From a virus, in the IMG/VR virus record IMGVR_UViG_3300026484_000095, positions 1 to 64,000 of that record: a DNA stretch of 64,000 nucleotides, one strand, 5' to 3'. Positions 47,674-56,841 of this stretch are shown here, piece by piece. The notes below the pieces were generated by a model. It worked only from the letters and a program-made list of their open reading frames with translations. It searched no databases and was not told where the DNA came from. Numbering within the stretch: the stretch's first letter is position 1; the number at the start of each line of letters is the position of its first letter. The position numbers and the translations under genes are program-made.

Positions 47674-48413
47674 ATGAGACCTAAAAGAAAAAAGAGAAAG
47701 CTCATTAAACCTAATAACATTTACAATATGGACGCTAGGAAGCTGTTAAGACTTATCCCCAGCAATTCTGTAGATTTAATTGTAACAGACCCTCCTTATC
47801 CCGTTATAAGTGGTGGTAGGAATGGAAAAAACAGTAAAGACCCAAAAGGTGTATTGTTAGCTAATGATGGTAAGATATTCAAACATAATGATATTTCAAT
47901 TCACGAATGGTTACCTGAATGTTATAGAGTATTGAAAGAAGATACACATATCTATATTATGACCAATATGCTTAATTTAGTAGAGTATCTTAATGCAGTA
48001 GAGAAATACGGGTTCAAGATACATAATCTTTTAGTATGAGTTAAGAATAATGCAACTCCTAACAAGTGGTATATGAAAATGTTGAGTATACTATCTTTGC
48101 TAGAAAGGGTAAGGCTAAATATATAAATAACCCTAGCTCTCTAACAGCCCAGAACCATAAGAATAAAGATAGAGGTAGAGTGAATGAATCATATCACCCA
48201 ACAGAAAAGCCTCTAACTTTAATGAGAGAGTATGTAAGTAATTCTGCTAAGACAGGAGATTTAGTTTTAGACCCGTTTATGGGTGGTGGGGCTGTACCCA
48301 TAGTATGTCAAGAGCTTAATATAGATTATATAGCAAATGATATAGATGAAGCTTATTACAAAGTAGTTCAAGACCGTTTAGAATTGGAAAGAACTGATAA
48401 TTGGTTTCAATAG
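47674..48413 (+). pseudogene. Beta-class DNA methyltransferase interrupted by an in-frame TGA (48037) and a 1-nt deletion (about 48076-48080)
   Basis: DPPY in first part; HPTEKP and DPFMGGG in second; reconstructs HNLLV(W)VKNNATPNKWYMK(N)VEY. Confidence 0.8.
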
Positions 48414-48452
48414 ATAGTTAATAAATAGTTAATAAAGTTCTATATATTGTAA

Positions 48453-48645
48453 AAAGTTCTTATAGTTATAAAGAGCTTCATATTTGGCTTATATGGGTTT
48501 AAAATAGTTTATTAAGGGTAAAGTGTATCTTAGAGAGAAAAAGGCTTAAAAGGGCTTAGAATTAAATTTTAAAATTTATAGTAAAAAATCTCTTCTTTAA
48601 GGTATATTTAAGCTATATTTTTATATCATTTTTTATCTAAAAAGT
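48453..48645 (+). repeat. Extended promoter-module repeat
   Basis: AAAGTTCTTATAG...GCTTATATGG...TAAGGGTAAAGT (as at 29172-29245); TTAAGG 48597, TATCAT 48624. Confidence 0.7.
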
Positions 48646-48762
48646 TAAAGAGCTTTTTAGGGTTATTTAAAATCATATTGTTAAGCTTTAATAGTTTATT
48701 TTTATAGCTTCCGAATCTTTATTATAATTTAGTATAAATAAGAAAAAATAAGGATATTAAAA

Positions 48763-49572
48763 ATGGAAAATGTAAAATTAACTAAGGGTTCTAAAGTAAA
48801 GTTAGCAGGTAAAGAGTATGAAGTAACTGTTGTTGGTTCAAATCAAGTTACATTAAAAAATGTAAAAGATGGTAAGACTAGAAGAGTTGCTTTTAGTAGT
48901 TCTGCCTATGCTAAGATTGAAGTCCTAGAACTTGTTGAAAGCAAAGAAACAGAAGCAAAAGAAGAGAAGACTTCTAAAAAAGCTCCTAAAAAGAGAGAGG
49001 GTAAGAAACTTCAAGAGAAAGAAGATATTAAACCTCTTAACATTGAAGAGTTTGAGATGGAATCTTGGAAAGAACTTGTAGGGGAAGTGGAAACAGTAGA
49101 AGAAGCACCTCATTTCAAGTTTGAAGCTGAAACATTCACTTCTGCTTGGATATATTCAATCCAAAGAGCAAATAAAGCTCAAAGACTAGAGTATATCTTG
49201 AAAAAGTTAGAGATGGAGGGAGAGGACAGTTTCTTTGGGTTGCTGTTAGCTATCTATAAAGTTAGACAAAATTACAAGTTTAACTTTAACAAGTTTGAGC
49301 AACGAGTTCTTCAAGATAAAGTTCATCAAGGTAAAAGAGCTAAAAAGATAAAAATCGCAGATATTTTAGAGGCAATGAAACCTGCATTACATAAATCTCA
49401 AAATAAAATCACAATGGAGATGTATGACGCTGTTATCAAAACAATACCTGATGATGGTGTTGATGGTAAGCAAAGTTGGATTTTCTATGCAATAGATGGT
49501 CTATGGACTGATGTTGGTTCTCTAAAATTATCTCAACAAGATTTAGCAAATATCAAGATACCTATGTCATAG
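48763..49572 (+). CDS. Hypothetical protein with SH3/KOW-like N-terminus
   Basis: LTKGSKVKLAGKEYEVTVVG; AAGGA RBS. Confidence 0.55.
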   Translation: MENVKLTKGSKVKLAGKEYEVTVVGSNQVTLKNVKDGKTRRVAFSSSAYAKIEVLELVESKETEAKEEKTSKKAPKKREGKKLQEKEDIKPLNIEEFEMESWKELVGEVETVEEAPHFKFEAETFTSAWIYSIQRANKAQRLEYILKKLEMEGEDSFFGLLLAIYKVRQNYKFNFNKFEQRVLQDKVHQGKRAKKIKIADILEAMKPALHKSQNKITMEMYDAVIKTIPDDGVDGKQSWIFYAIDGLWTDVGSLKLSQQDLANIKIPMS

Positions 49573-49667
49573 TAGGTGTCTTGACGGTCATTGGTTTTGC
49601 GGTGGGTTCGTTTGCTATAAAAATAAGCTATTAAGCTGAAACAATAAAATAATGTTAAAGGAAAGTT

Positions 49668-50021
49668 ATGACTGAGATTAGTGTAAAAACTGAGCAAGAG
49701 CTTGATGATGTTGTAAAGAGTAATGATTTTACTATGATTCGTTTCTCTGCTCAATGGTGCAACCCTTGTAAGATGTTAAATGAAACTATGGAGCAAAATG
49801 TATTGACTTCTGATGAGATTGACAGTAGCAAGATTGCTTTTGTTAAAATAGATGTAGATACACCAGAGCTTCAAACTTCCGTAGTACCCAAGTTTGATGT
49901 CCGTTCAATTCCTTATGTAGTCTTTGTAGATAAGCAAGGCACGAAGATAGAGGGTCTCAGTTTTGTTGGGTATAGAACTCCCGAAGATATACTAGAAATA
50001 ATTAAGGGTTTATATTCTTAA
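49668..50021 (+). CDS. Thioredoxin-like protein (second)
   Basis: FSAQWCNPC, DVRSIP. Confidence 0.85.
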   Translation: MTEISVKTEQELDDVVKSNDFTMIRFSAQWCNPCKMLNETMEQNVLTSDEIDSSKIAFVKIDVDTPELQTSVVPKFDVRSIPYVVFVDKQGTKIEGLSFVGYRTPEDILEIIKGLYS

Positions 50022-50108
50022 TTATCCCTTAGAGAAGCTATTTTTGTTAGAGGTTAAAATTTAATCCCTAACTTCGTATTTGGGTTAATCCTATTAAGGA
50101 GGTAAAAT

Positions 50109-51464
50109 TTGAAAATAATCAAGGTAGGTGCAGAAGTTAATTACTTGGGTCGCAATCATATCATTACAGATGTGACGGAACAAGGAGTTACAATAAAGCG
50201 AGTTGAAGCACTCCCTAATGAGTATTCTATTTATATCCGAAATGGCTCTGAACGATTTTTTAAAATCTTTCAAAAGGAGTTCAATGTAGAGGACATAGAA
50301 GTTACTGATGATGGAGGAACCGATGTTACATTGGTAAAGTCTAATCAACAAGATGAAGATGATGAGGAATACGAAGATGAGTATTTGTCATTGAACGATT
50401 TTATCGTTAATCTTACAAAAGCTCACACTGGTTATGCAAACAAAGAGGGAGTACTCGAATTTCTTGAGTCGGAAATCTTTGATTTTGACGACCCGTATAA
50501 TGAGCTGAAAAGGTTTACTGTATCTTGTTGGCTTAATAGAAGACTGTTGGTTAAATTTCAAACTGACAAAATTCAAGAAAGTTTAGACAAAATTCAAAAC
50601 AGACAGGAGGTTTATTCTAATGAGTTAAGATTATTCATTGAAAGTGCAGTAGGTGATTTAACGGAACCTTCGGCTAAGGAGTTAAAGAGTTTAGCTCAAT
50701 TAATTCCTTTGGAAGACGAAGAGTTAATTGTTAATATCATTAGAGGTTTTGATATACCAACACTATGGTTAAATCAAATGGAAGTTAAAGAGCTGTTAGA
50801 AGAAGCAGACTCTCAATTTTTAAACAATTCAAACAAGGAAAAAATTATGGCAACAATCAAAGGTTTAAGCGACAACACAGTTAAAGAGATGTTAGATTTA
50901 TTTTCAGCAGAAGCAAACGCAAGAGGGCTTGTTGGTGCAGAGGTAGAAGATACTGAGGAAGATGAAGAAGAAGAGCTAGACTTGGAAGCTATGTCTATCA
51001 AAGAGCTAAGAGCTTATTGTAAAGAAGAGGGTATCGACATCAAAGGTCTAAAGACAAAAGATGATATTCTTGATGCAATCTACGGCGAAGATGAAGAGGA
51101 AGCTGATGACGAAGAGGAAGAAGCTGATGAAGATGAAATCGACGAAGAAGAGGCAGAAGATATTGCTGATGAAGAGGCAGAAGATGAAGAATATACTGAG
51201 GAAGAGCTTGAAGAGTATTCTTTGAAAGACCTTAGAGAAATCGCTGATGAAGACTTCGGTATCGAGGGTGTTAAAAAGATGAAAAAACCTGCCCTTATTG
51301 AGGCTATCCTTGAAGCACAAGCAGAAGATGAAGATAACGATATGCCCGATTTTGAATCAATGACTCTAAAAGAGCTTAGAGATTTTGCAAAAGATGAGGG
51401 TATCGACACAAAAGGTCTTAAAAAGCAAGAGCTTATCGACGAGCTTGAAGCATTATATGAGTAA
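50109..51464 (+). CDS. Highly acidic protein with three Rho-N/HeH/SAP-like repeats; probable internal start at 50847
   Basis: Repeats MSIKELRAYCKEEGI, YSLKDLREIADEDFGI, MTLKELRDFAKDEGI separated by D/E tracts; AAGGA RBS before in-frame ATG 50847. Confidence 0.65.
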   Translation: MKIIKVGAEVNYLGRNHIITDVTEQGVTIKRVEALPNEYSIYIRNGSERFFKIFQKEFNVEDIEVTDDGGTDVTLVKSNQQDEDDEEYEDEYLSLNDFIVNLTKAHTGYANKEGVLEFLESEIFDFDDPYNELKRFTVSCWLNRRLLVKFQTDKIQESLDKIQNRQEVYSNELRLFIESAVGDLTEPSAKELKSLAQLIPLEDEELIVNIIRGFDIPTLWLNQMEVKELLEEADSQFLNNSNKEKIMATIKGLSDNTVKEMLDLFSAEANARGLVGAEVEDTEEDEEEELDLEAMSIKELRAYCKEEGIDIKGLKTKDDILDAIYGEDEEEADDEEEEADEDEIDEEEAEDIADEEAEDEEYTEEELEEYSLKDLREIADEDFGIEGVKKMKKPALIEAILEAQAEDEDNDMPDFESMTLKELRDFAKDEGIDTKGLKKQELIDELEALYE

Positions 51465-51480
51465 GAAGTTGGTGCAAAGG

Positions 51481-51502
51481 TAAGGGGTTTAATTACCCCT
51501 TA
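51481..51502 (+). terminator. Hairpin
   Basis: TAAGGGGT ... ACCCCTTA. Confidence 0.55.
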
Positions 51503-51583
51503 TGCTTTTATATATGTGTATCTATTATGTATATATGAGAGCATAAAAGTATAGGCATAAAATGATTATAAAGGTGGTTTACG

Positions 51584-52300
51584 GTGGCTAAAATAGATGT
51601 TAATCAATTAAAAGAGTTAAGGGAAGAGTGGAGCGAAATAGCACAAGATACGGCTGAAACATTGGAAACAATAAAGCAAAGAAGCGATAAAATAAAAAAT
51701 GAAGCTAAGAAGCTGATAGAAGATTTTACTAAGAGTAAGTATTCACTATCTAAGGTTACAGATAGAGTTATTAATAAACATACTTCGGCTATTGCAGGAT
51801 TAAAAGATATTCATAATTCATTGCATAAAGCACAAGAACTATCAGAGCATTTTAGAGCTATCTTGTTACCTAATGATGTAGAGTGCTTATCAGATGGTAA
51901 AGCTATTTGGGACGAAAAGTATGCAGAGTTCACTGGCGATATTGATGTTATAGCATTGTTACAAACAAATACAGATAAAGAGCGAGAGCATTATTATATC
52001 TTTAAAGATGGGCTTACTGCTTGGTCTTATATTAGAGCTAATTCGCAACAGATGGAGAGCTATGAAAAGTTCTTAACTAATCAAATCTTTGGCTTTAATA
52101 GGTTAGATAATCTAGTGCAAAAGTTAGAAAATATCAAGGCAAATGAGCTATTTACTGATATGAATGATGATAGCAGAATGAATAAAGATGAAGATGATAA
52201 AATCTTCAATAATGATGATATAGACGAAGATGGTGTAGAAGCTATGCCTAAAAGACGAAAAAGAAAATCTTTAGGTAAAAGATTAAATAAAGTTAAGTAG
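51584..52300 (+). CDS. Coiled-coil hypothetical protein
   Basis: GTG start with AAGGTGG; basic C-terminal PKRRKRK. Confidence 0.55.
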   Translation: MAKIDVNQLKELREEWSEIAQDTAETLETIKQRSDKIKNEAKKLIEDFTKSKYSLSKVTDRVINKHTSAIAGLKDIHNSLHKAQELSEHFRAILLPNDVECLSDGKAIWDEKYAEFTGDIDVIALLQTNTDKEREHYYIFKDGLTAWSYIRANSQQMESYEKFLTNQIFGFNRLDNLVQKLENIKANELFTDMNDDSRMNKDEDDKIFNNDDIDEDGVEAMPKRRKRKSLGKRLNKVK

Positions 52301-52307
52301 GTCTATT

Positions 52308-53675
52308 ATGTTCACCTTAAATCCTAATATCAAACCTAGTCCTCTAGCTAGTAAAGTTCTTAAAAAGTTGTTAGAGGGTAGAAATGTTTTTCTAACTGGT
52401 GCAGGAGGTATGGGTAAATCACACCTAACAAGGGAATTGATAAGTTTTTTTCCTAACCCATTGGTCTTAGGTTCTACAAATCTTGCCGCAACTATTTTAG
52501 GTGGCTCAACGGTTCATTCAGCATTTTGTCTTTATAATAGTAAAAATATAAGAGAGTTACAAGCTAAAGACCGAGATAGAATCAAAAGAATATCTATGTC
52601 AAAAGGTGTTAATATAAATACAGCAAAACATATTTACTTCTCTAAGATAAAAAAGGTTATACAAGCTACCAATGTAATTTTTATAGACGAAATATCTATG
52701 TTATCAGCAGAAGTATTTGATGCAATGCACTATCGTATTCATTCATTGATGGGGGACGATTATAATATTCCTATGATAGTGATAGGGGATTTTTTCCAAT
52801 TACCACCTGTTAAAAGTTCAATGTGCTATACCTCAAAGAATTGGGATTTCTTTATTATAGAGTTAGCAGAGATGAAAAGGAGTTCTAATAAGTCGTTTAC
52901 GGCAATGCTATCTGATTTAAGAAAGGGTTATTATTCTAAAAGAGTTAAAAATTTTATTGATAATCATTCAGTAGATTATGAAGAACCTCCTCTTGATATG
53001 TTAAGAGTATACCCTAAAAATGATGCTTGTGCTGACCATCATAAATTAGCTTTACATTCATTAAAAGGTAAAACATACAAGTTTAGAGCACGAATTAATA
53101 ATATAGCAAATTTAAGTCCTGATAAGGTTCAAGACTTTATGGAAAAAGGCTGTCCTGCTGAACCTCTTGTTCAATTAAAAGTGGGTGCTAAAATCATCTT
53201 TGTAGTGAATTATCAATCCGACCAAGATGATGGGTATTATAATGGGGAAACTGGGAAAGTATTAGCTATAAATAAAGCCGATAGAACTATATTGGTTCAA
53301 AAAGGTAATGGAAAAAAGATAACCGTAGGAGAGTTCATATTTACTAAGGAGAGGTATGATACTATATCAAGTAATCAGTTGAGATTAGTTAAAGAGTTAG
53401 AGGTAACTCAAATCCCTTTGAAATTGGCTTATGCTATGACTGTTCATAAAACACAAGGTATGAGTATCAAAGAACCCCTTTATGTTAATTGTTCTAAGAT
53501 GTGGAAGAGGAATCAAGGACTTGTCTATGTTGCATTAAGTCGTGTAACATCACCTGACTTAATATATATTTCTGATTTTCAAAAGAAAGTTCATTTGAAC
53601 ATACGAAGAGATATAGCTGAATTTTATAAGGAGGAAAAGAGAAAGGGTAACTTGGTTAGGTATAAAGGTTATTAA
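52308..53675 (+). CDS. Pif1/RecD-like SF1B helicase
   Basis: TGAGGMGKS, DEISML, GDFFQLPPV, AYAMTVHKTQG, YVALSR. Confidence 0.9.
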   Translation: MFTLNPNIKPSPLASKVLKKLLEGRNVFLTGAGGMGKSHLTRELISFFPNPLVLGSTNLAATILGGSTVHSAFCLYNSKNIRELQAKDRDRIKRISMSKGVNINTAKHIYFSKIKKVIQATNVIFIDEISMLSAEVFDAMHYRIHSLMGDDYNIPMIVIGDFFQLPPVKSSMCYTSKNWDFFIIELAEMKRSSNKSFTAMLSDLRKGYYSKRVKNFIDNHSVDYEEPPLDMLRVYPKNDACADHHKLALHSLKGKTYKFRARINNIANLSPDKVQDFMEKGCPAEPLVQLKVGAKIIFVVNYQSDQDDGYYNGETGKVLAINKADRTILVQKGNGKKITVGEFIFTKERYDTISSNQLRLVKELEVTQIPLKLAYAMTVHKTQGMSIKEPLYVNCSKMWKRNQGLVYVALSRVTSPDLIYISDFQKKVHLNIRRDIAEFYKEEKRKGNLVRYKGY

Positions 53676-53738
53676 GTTAAAAAGTGGTATACTGTGAGAG
53701 TATATTAAGTATTCTAAAATTAAATCAAAGGAAAAGTT

Positions 53739-54620
53739 ATGGCAACTACAAGAAGAAGAGCCTCAAGTAAAAGTGCAGAGAGTAAAGCTCCAACTAAAAG
53801 AGTTAAAAAGACAGCAAACAAAAAGGAAGCTCCAACTAAATCAAGAAGAGCCTCTAAGGTTGAAGATACAGAAGATGAAGATGATTACGAGAGTATCAGA
53901 GATGCAAAACCTGAGGGAGAGAAAGCTGAAACATTTAAGCTAGATGACAAAAAGCAGAAAAAGAGAATCGGCTTCCCACTGGTAACAAAAGCAGGTACTG
54001 TAGGTATGGTCAAAGTGCATTATTTCAAAGCTAAGTTTAACACAACATTGGCAGATGGTAAATGGCACGCATTTCAAGCTCCAACAGACCCTGATTTATT
54101 GCAGATGTGTAAAGACCACCCAAATCTCGATGAGAAAACAGAGAGAGCTACTATCGTTATCGTTTATGATACAGATAGTAAAGGCAAGGTTTATGGCAAA
54201 GGTGACGATATAGGTTATGAGCTTCTAGCTATGAAAATCAACAATCCAAAACTTATCGAGCTACAAGATATTGATGAAGATGATGATTTAACTCAGGTAG
54301 ATGTGATGGTTAGATTGGACGCTTCAAAAGATGTCAAGTTCCAAGATATGAGATTTAAAACAGCAGGTGACGCCCTTTGGCTTAATGATATGGATTCAGA
54401 GGAAATCCAAGAGGAGGCTAAGGCTCTAACTAAGAAGCTAAAAGATGTTATAGCTTTTAAATATGATGATGAAAAAATCGAGGCTCTTATCGGTGATGGT
54501 GATGTAGATGACGATGATTATGACGATGATTATGATGATGATTATGATGACGATGAGATAGAAGATGATGAAGAGGAGGAAGAGAAACCTGCTCCAAAGA
54601 GAAGAGCTAGAAGAAGATAA
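53739..54620 (+). CDS. Putative single-stranded DNA-binding protein (gp32-like) with acidic tail
   Basis: Position among replication genes, VHY motif, DDDDY-repeat acidic tail, Arg-rich termini. Confidence 0.5.
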   Translation: MATTRRRASSKSAESKAPTKRVKKTANKKEAPTKSRRASKVEDTEDEDDYESIRDAKPEGEKAETFKLDDKKQKKRIGFPLVTKAGTVGMVKVHYFKAKFNTTLADGKWHAFQAPTDPDLLQMCKDHPNLDEKTERATIVIVYDTDSKGKVYGKGDDIGYELLAMKINNPKLIELQDIDEDDDLTQVDVMVRLDASKDVKFQDMRFKTAGDALWLNDMDSEEIQEEAKALTKKLKDVIAFKYDDEKIEALIGDGDVDDDDYDDDYDDDYDDDEIEDDEEEEEKPAPKRRARRR

Positions 54621-54628
54621 ACTCTTAA

Positions 54629-54658
54629 AGTGCTAATAGTTAAAACTCTATTAGCACT
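54629..54658 (+). terminator. Hairpin
   Basis: AGTGCTAATAG ... CTATTAGCACT. Confidence 0.6.
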
Positions 54659-54697
54659 CTTCCTATTTCTCATAATATATAAATAAAGAGGTATATT

Positions 54698-55297
54698 ATG
54701 AGAAATGCGAAGAGAAGAAGACGGAAAAAGAAAGTATCTTTAATTCAGTTAGAACATAGAGATATAACTGAGTTCAGAGAAATAGTCCACGATAGTCAAG
54801 ATAGGATTTGTCCTATATGTAATCTTGAAATAGATTATAAAGATACAACATTAGACCATCAGCACCCATTAAACAAAAGTGAGCCTATTGGTCATAATGG
54901 CTCAGGACTCGTGAGAGGAACTATATGTCGTATCTGTAATTCAGCAGAGGGTAAGATTTGGAACAACTTTAAGAGGTCAGGTCTTATGAATAAGCAGATG
55001 GATAAGAACCATATAAAAGCTAGAGCTAAATGGTTGCGAAACCTAGCAGATTATTATGAGAGTGGAGTAATCAAGAATGAAGATGGCGAAGCATTTGTGC
55101 ACCCAACAGAGAAACCTCCTATGGCTACAATGGGTAAGCAGTTATTTAACAAACTGAACAAATTGTATAAAGCTAAGTATCCTAACAGAAAGCCTTTGGA
55201 AGTGCCTAAGAGTATTGGTAAAAGAGGTAAGAATAAAGGTAAATGGAAGATAACTGCAAAGTGGGAAGCTCTTTTAGATGAGTTTCAATTAAGTTAA
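54698..55297 (+). CDS. Endonuclease VII (Holliday junction resolvase)
   Basis: CPIC...LDHQH...VRGTICRICNSAEG. Confidence 0.85.
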   Translation: MRNAKRRRRKKKVSLIQLEHRDITEFREIVHDSQDRICPICNLEIDYKDTTLDHQHPLNKSEPIGHNGSGLVRGTICRICNSAEGKIWNNFKRSGLMNKQMDKNHIKARAKWLRNLADYYESGVIKNEDGEAFVHPTEKPPMATMGKQLFNKLNKLYKAKYPNRKPLEVPKSIGKRGKNKGKWKITAKWEALLDEFQLS

Positions 55298-55344
55298 TAA
55301 GTAAGTGCCACACTGCTGTATATAGGGTATATAAGGAGCATAAA

Positions 55345-55716
55345 ATGAATTTAGGTAAATCACATTTAACACACTATAAAAAGATAAAGTTGAATAAGGA
55401 TATTTCATTGAGATATTTCTTTACCTTTGAGGATAGACTTAACCTGAATGGTAAGTGGGTTATTAAATCCCACAGCACAAAAGAGTACGGTATTATAGAT
55501 GAGAGAACTGCAAGACTTATTGCCACAGCTCATAACAAGACCTTAGATGATTATAAAGAGATTATGGGTCGCTATGTAGCTAATATGTCAGGGACTGGTT
55601 CTGTATATAGAAAAGTGATTATATCTAACAATGAGAAAAAAGATAAAGCTAAGTTTACTTATGAACCTAATGTAAAGGTTACAGAGATTGATAAATCACA
55701 AAAAACAAAGGAGTAA
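55345..55716 (+). CDS. Hypothetical protein
   Basis: AAGGAG RBS. Confidence 0.55.
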   Translation: MNLGKSHLTHYKKIKLNKDISLRYFFTFEDRLNLNGKWVIKSHSTKEYGIIDERTARLIATAHNKTLDDYKEIMGRYVANMSGTGSVYRKVIISNNEKKDKAKFTYEPNVKVTEIDKSQKTKE

Positions 55717-55718
55717 AA

Positions 55719-56000
55719 ATGGCATTTGATGAAAAGACCTTAAAGGCACTTAGCTCAAAGTATGCAAAAAAGAATGAAGATTTTATCTATAACCCTAACA
55801 GAGTTTTAGAGGGGGCTTCAACTGGTTCAGTTATTGCTGATACAGTTATAGGGCAAGAGGGTATGCTTTTAAAAGGCAGAATGACAGAGGTGTTTGGACC
55901 TGAGAGTTGTGTTACAGCAGATACAATGGTTGAGGTTAGAATTGATGGTGTGGAAAGACTTATCCCTATTATAGAATTACAAGGCTTATTAAATGGGTAA
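55719..56000 (+). CDS. recA: RecA/UvsX N-extein (63 aa) fused to 30-aa split intein N-fragment
   Basis: STGS...GRMTEVFGPES|CVTADTMVEV...IPIIEL; Cys1 codon at 55908. Confidence 0.9.
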   Translation: MAFDEKTLKALSSKYAKKNEDFIYNPNRVLEGASTGSVIADTVIGQEGMLLKGRMTEVFGPESCVTADTMVEVRIDGVERLIPIIELQGLLNG

Positions 56001-56841
56001 AAGACTTTCGGATTTAGATATTATAGACGAGTGTAGAAGCTTAGGTCTTAAAGATATAGTTATCTATAGAGAGGAGTATAAGCCTCCGAGAGTGAGTTAT
56101 ATATGTACTTGTGGAGCTAAAGTCCAAAACAAAAATTGGTATAAAATAAAACACGAAAATCAATTTTTGTGTAAGGCTTGTTCTGACGACATAAGAAGTC
56201 AGGCTCAAATTAAATACTCTAAAAAAGTGATAAAAGGTAGGTTAAGTGAAGTTTCTAATGATAAACCCATAAAGATAAATGAGGGTATAAAGTCTGTTAG
56301 CGAGATACATTGTGAGTCTTGCAGTACTGTATACTATATTAGAAATGAGGAAATCTTTGCTTCTTACTTTAAAGGTCATCCTGATTGTTCTTATAAGCTG
56401 AAAATTAAATCTAAAGGAGAGTACTTCATAAAGGAATTATTGGATTCTTATAATATTAATTACTTACACAATAAATCTTTTAAGTCTTTAGGAATAGATA
56501 GTTTATTGAGATTTGATTTTTACCTACCTAATTTCAATTTAATAATTGAGTTTGATGGTATTCAACACTTCTCAAAAAAAGAATTAAAGAGGGTCGGTTA
56601 TAACATAAATTCTAGTAAATTTACAAGTAGAAAAGATTTATTCAAAGACCAAAGGCTAAGGGATTTCACTAAAAATCATCTTTGTTTAGATAATGATATT
56701 AATATACTTAGAATCCCTGCTTGGCATTTAGGTAAATTAAAAGAGATTCTACTTCCTATATTCACAAGAGAAGATGTAATTGAGGGCTTATATTACACTG
56801 ATGATAGTTTCTATAAAAAAGGTTCAAGGAGATTAATATGA
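55993..56841 (+). mobile_element. Free-standing putative homing endonuclease (Zn-finger repeats + Vsr/DUF559-like PD-(D/E)xK domain)
   Basis: CTC, CKAC, CESC; SKGE, RFDFYLP...IEFDGIQHF, ILRIP; inserted between the intein halves. Confidence 0.8.

Noticed and set aside
48037-48039. TGA read as Trp (alternative genetic code)
   Set aside because: TGA terminates many genes via ATGA overlaps (10275, 12506, 56841, 59014), long genes are intact in code 11, and a frameshift follows anyway.
24863-48645. CRISPR array
   Set aside because: Repeats are degenerate, 0.5-7 kb apart, and each precedes a gene, which fits promoters rather than repeat-spacer units.
49575-49620. tRNA (GGTTCG seen)
   Set aside because: No cloverleaf stems or CCA; no tRNA recognised anywhere in the window by eye.
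54505-54560. Functional tandem DNA repeat
   Set aside because: Explained by the DDDY repeats of the acidic protein tail.
55993-56841. Group I intron interrupting recA
   Set aside because: No non-coding ribozyme sequence: the three ORFs overlap, and intein blocks explain both junctions.
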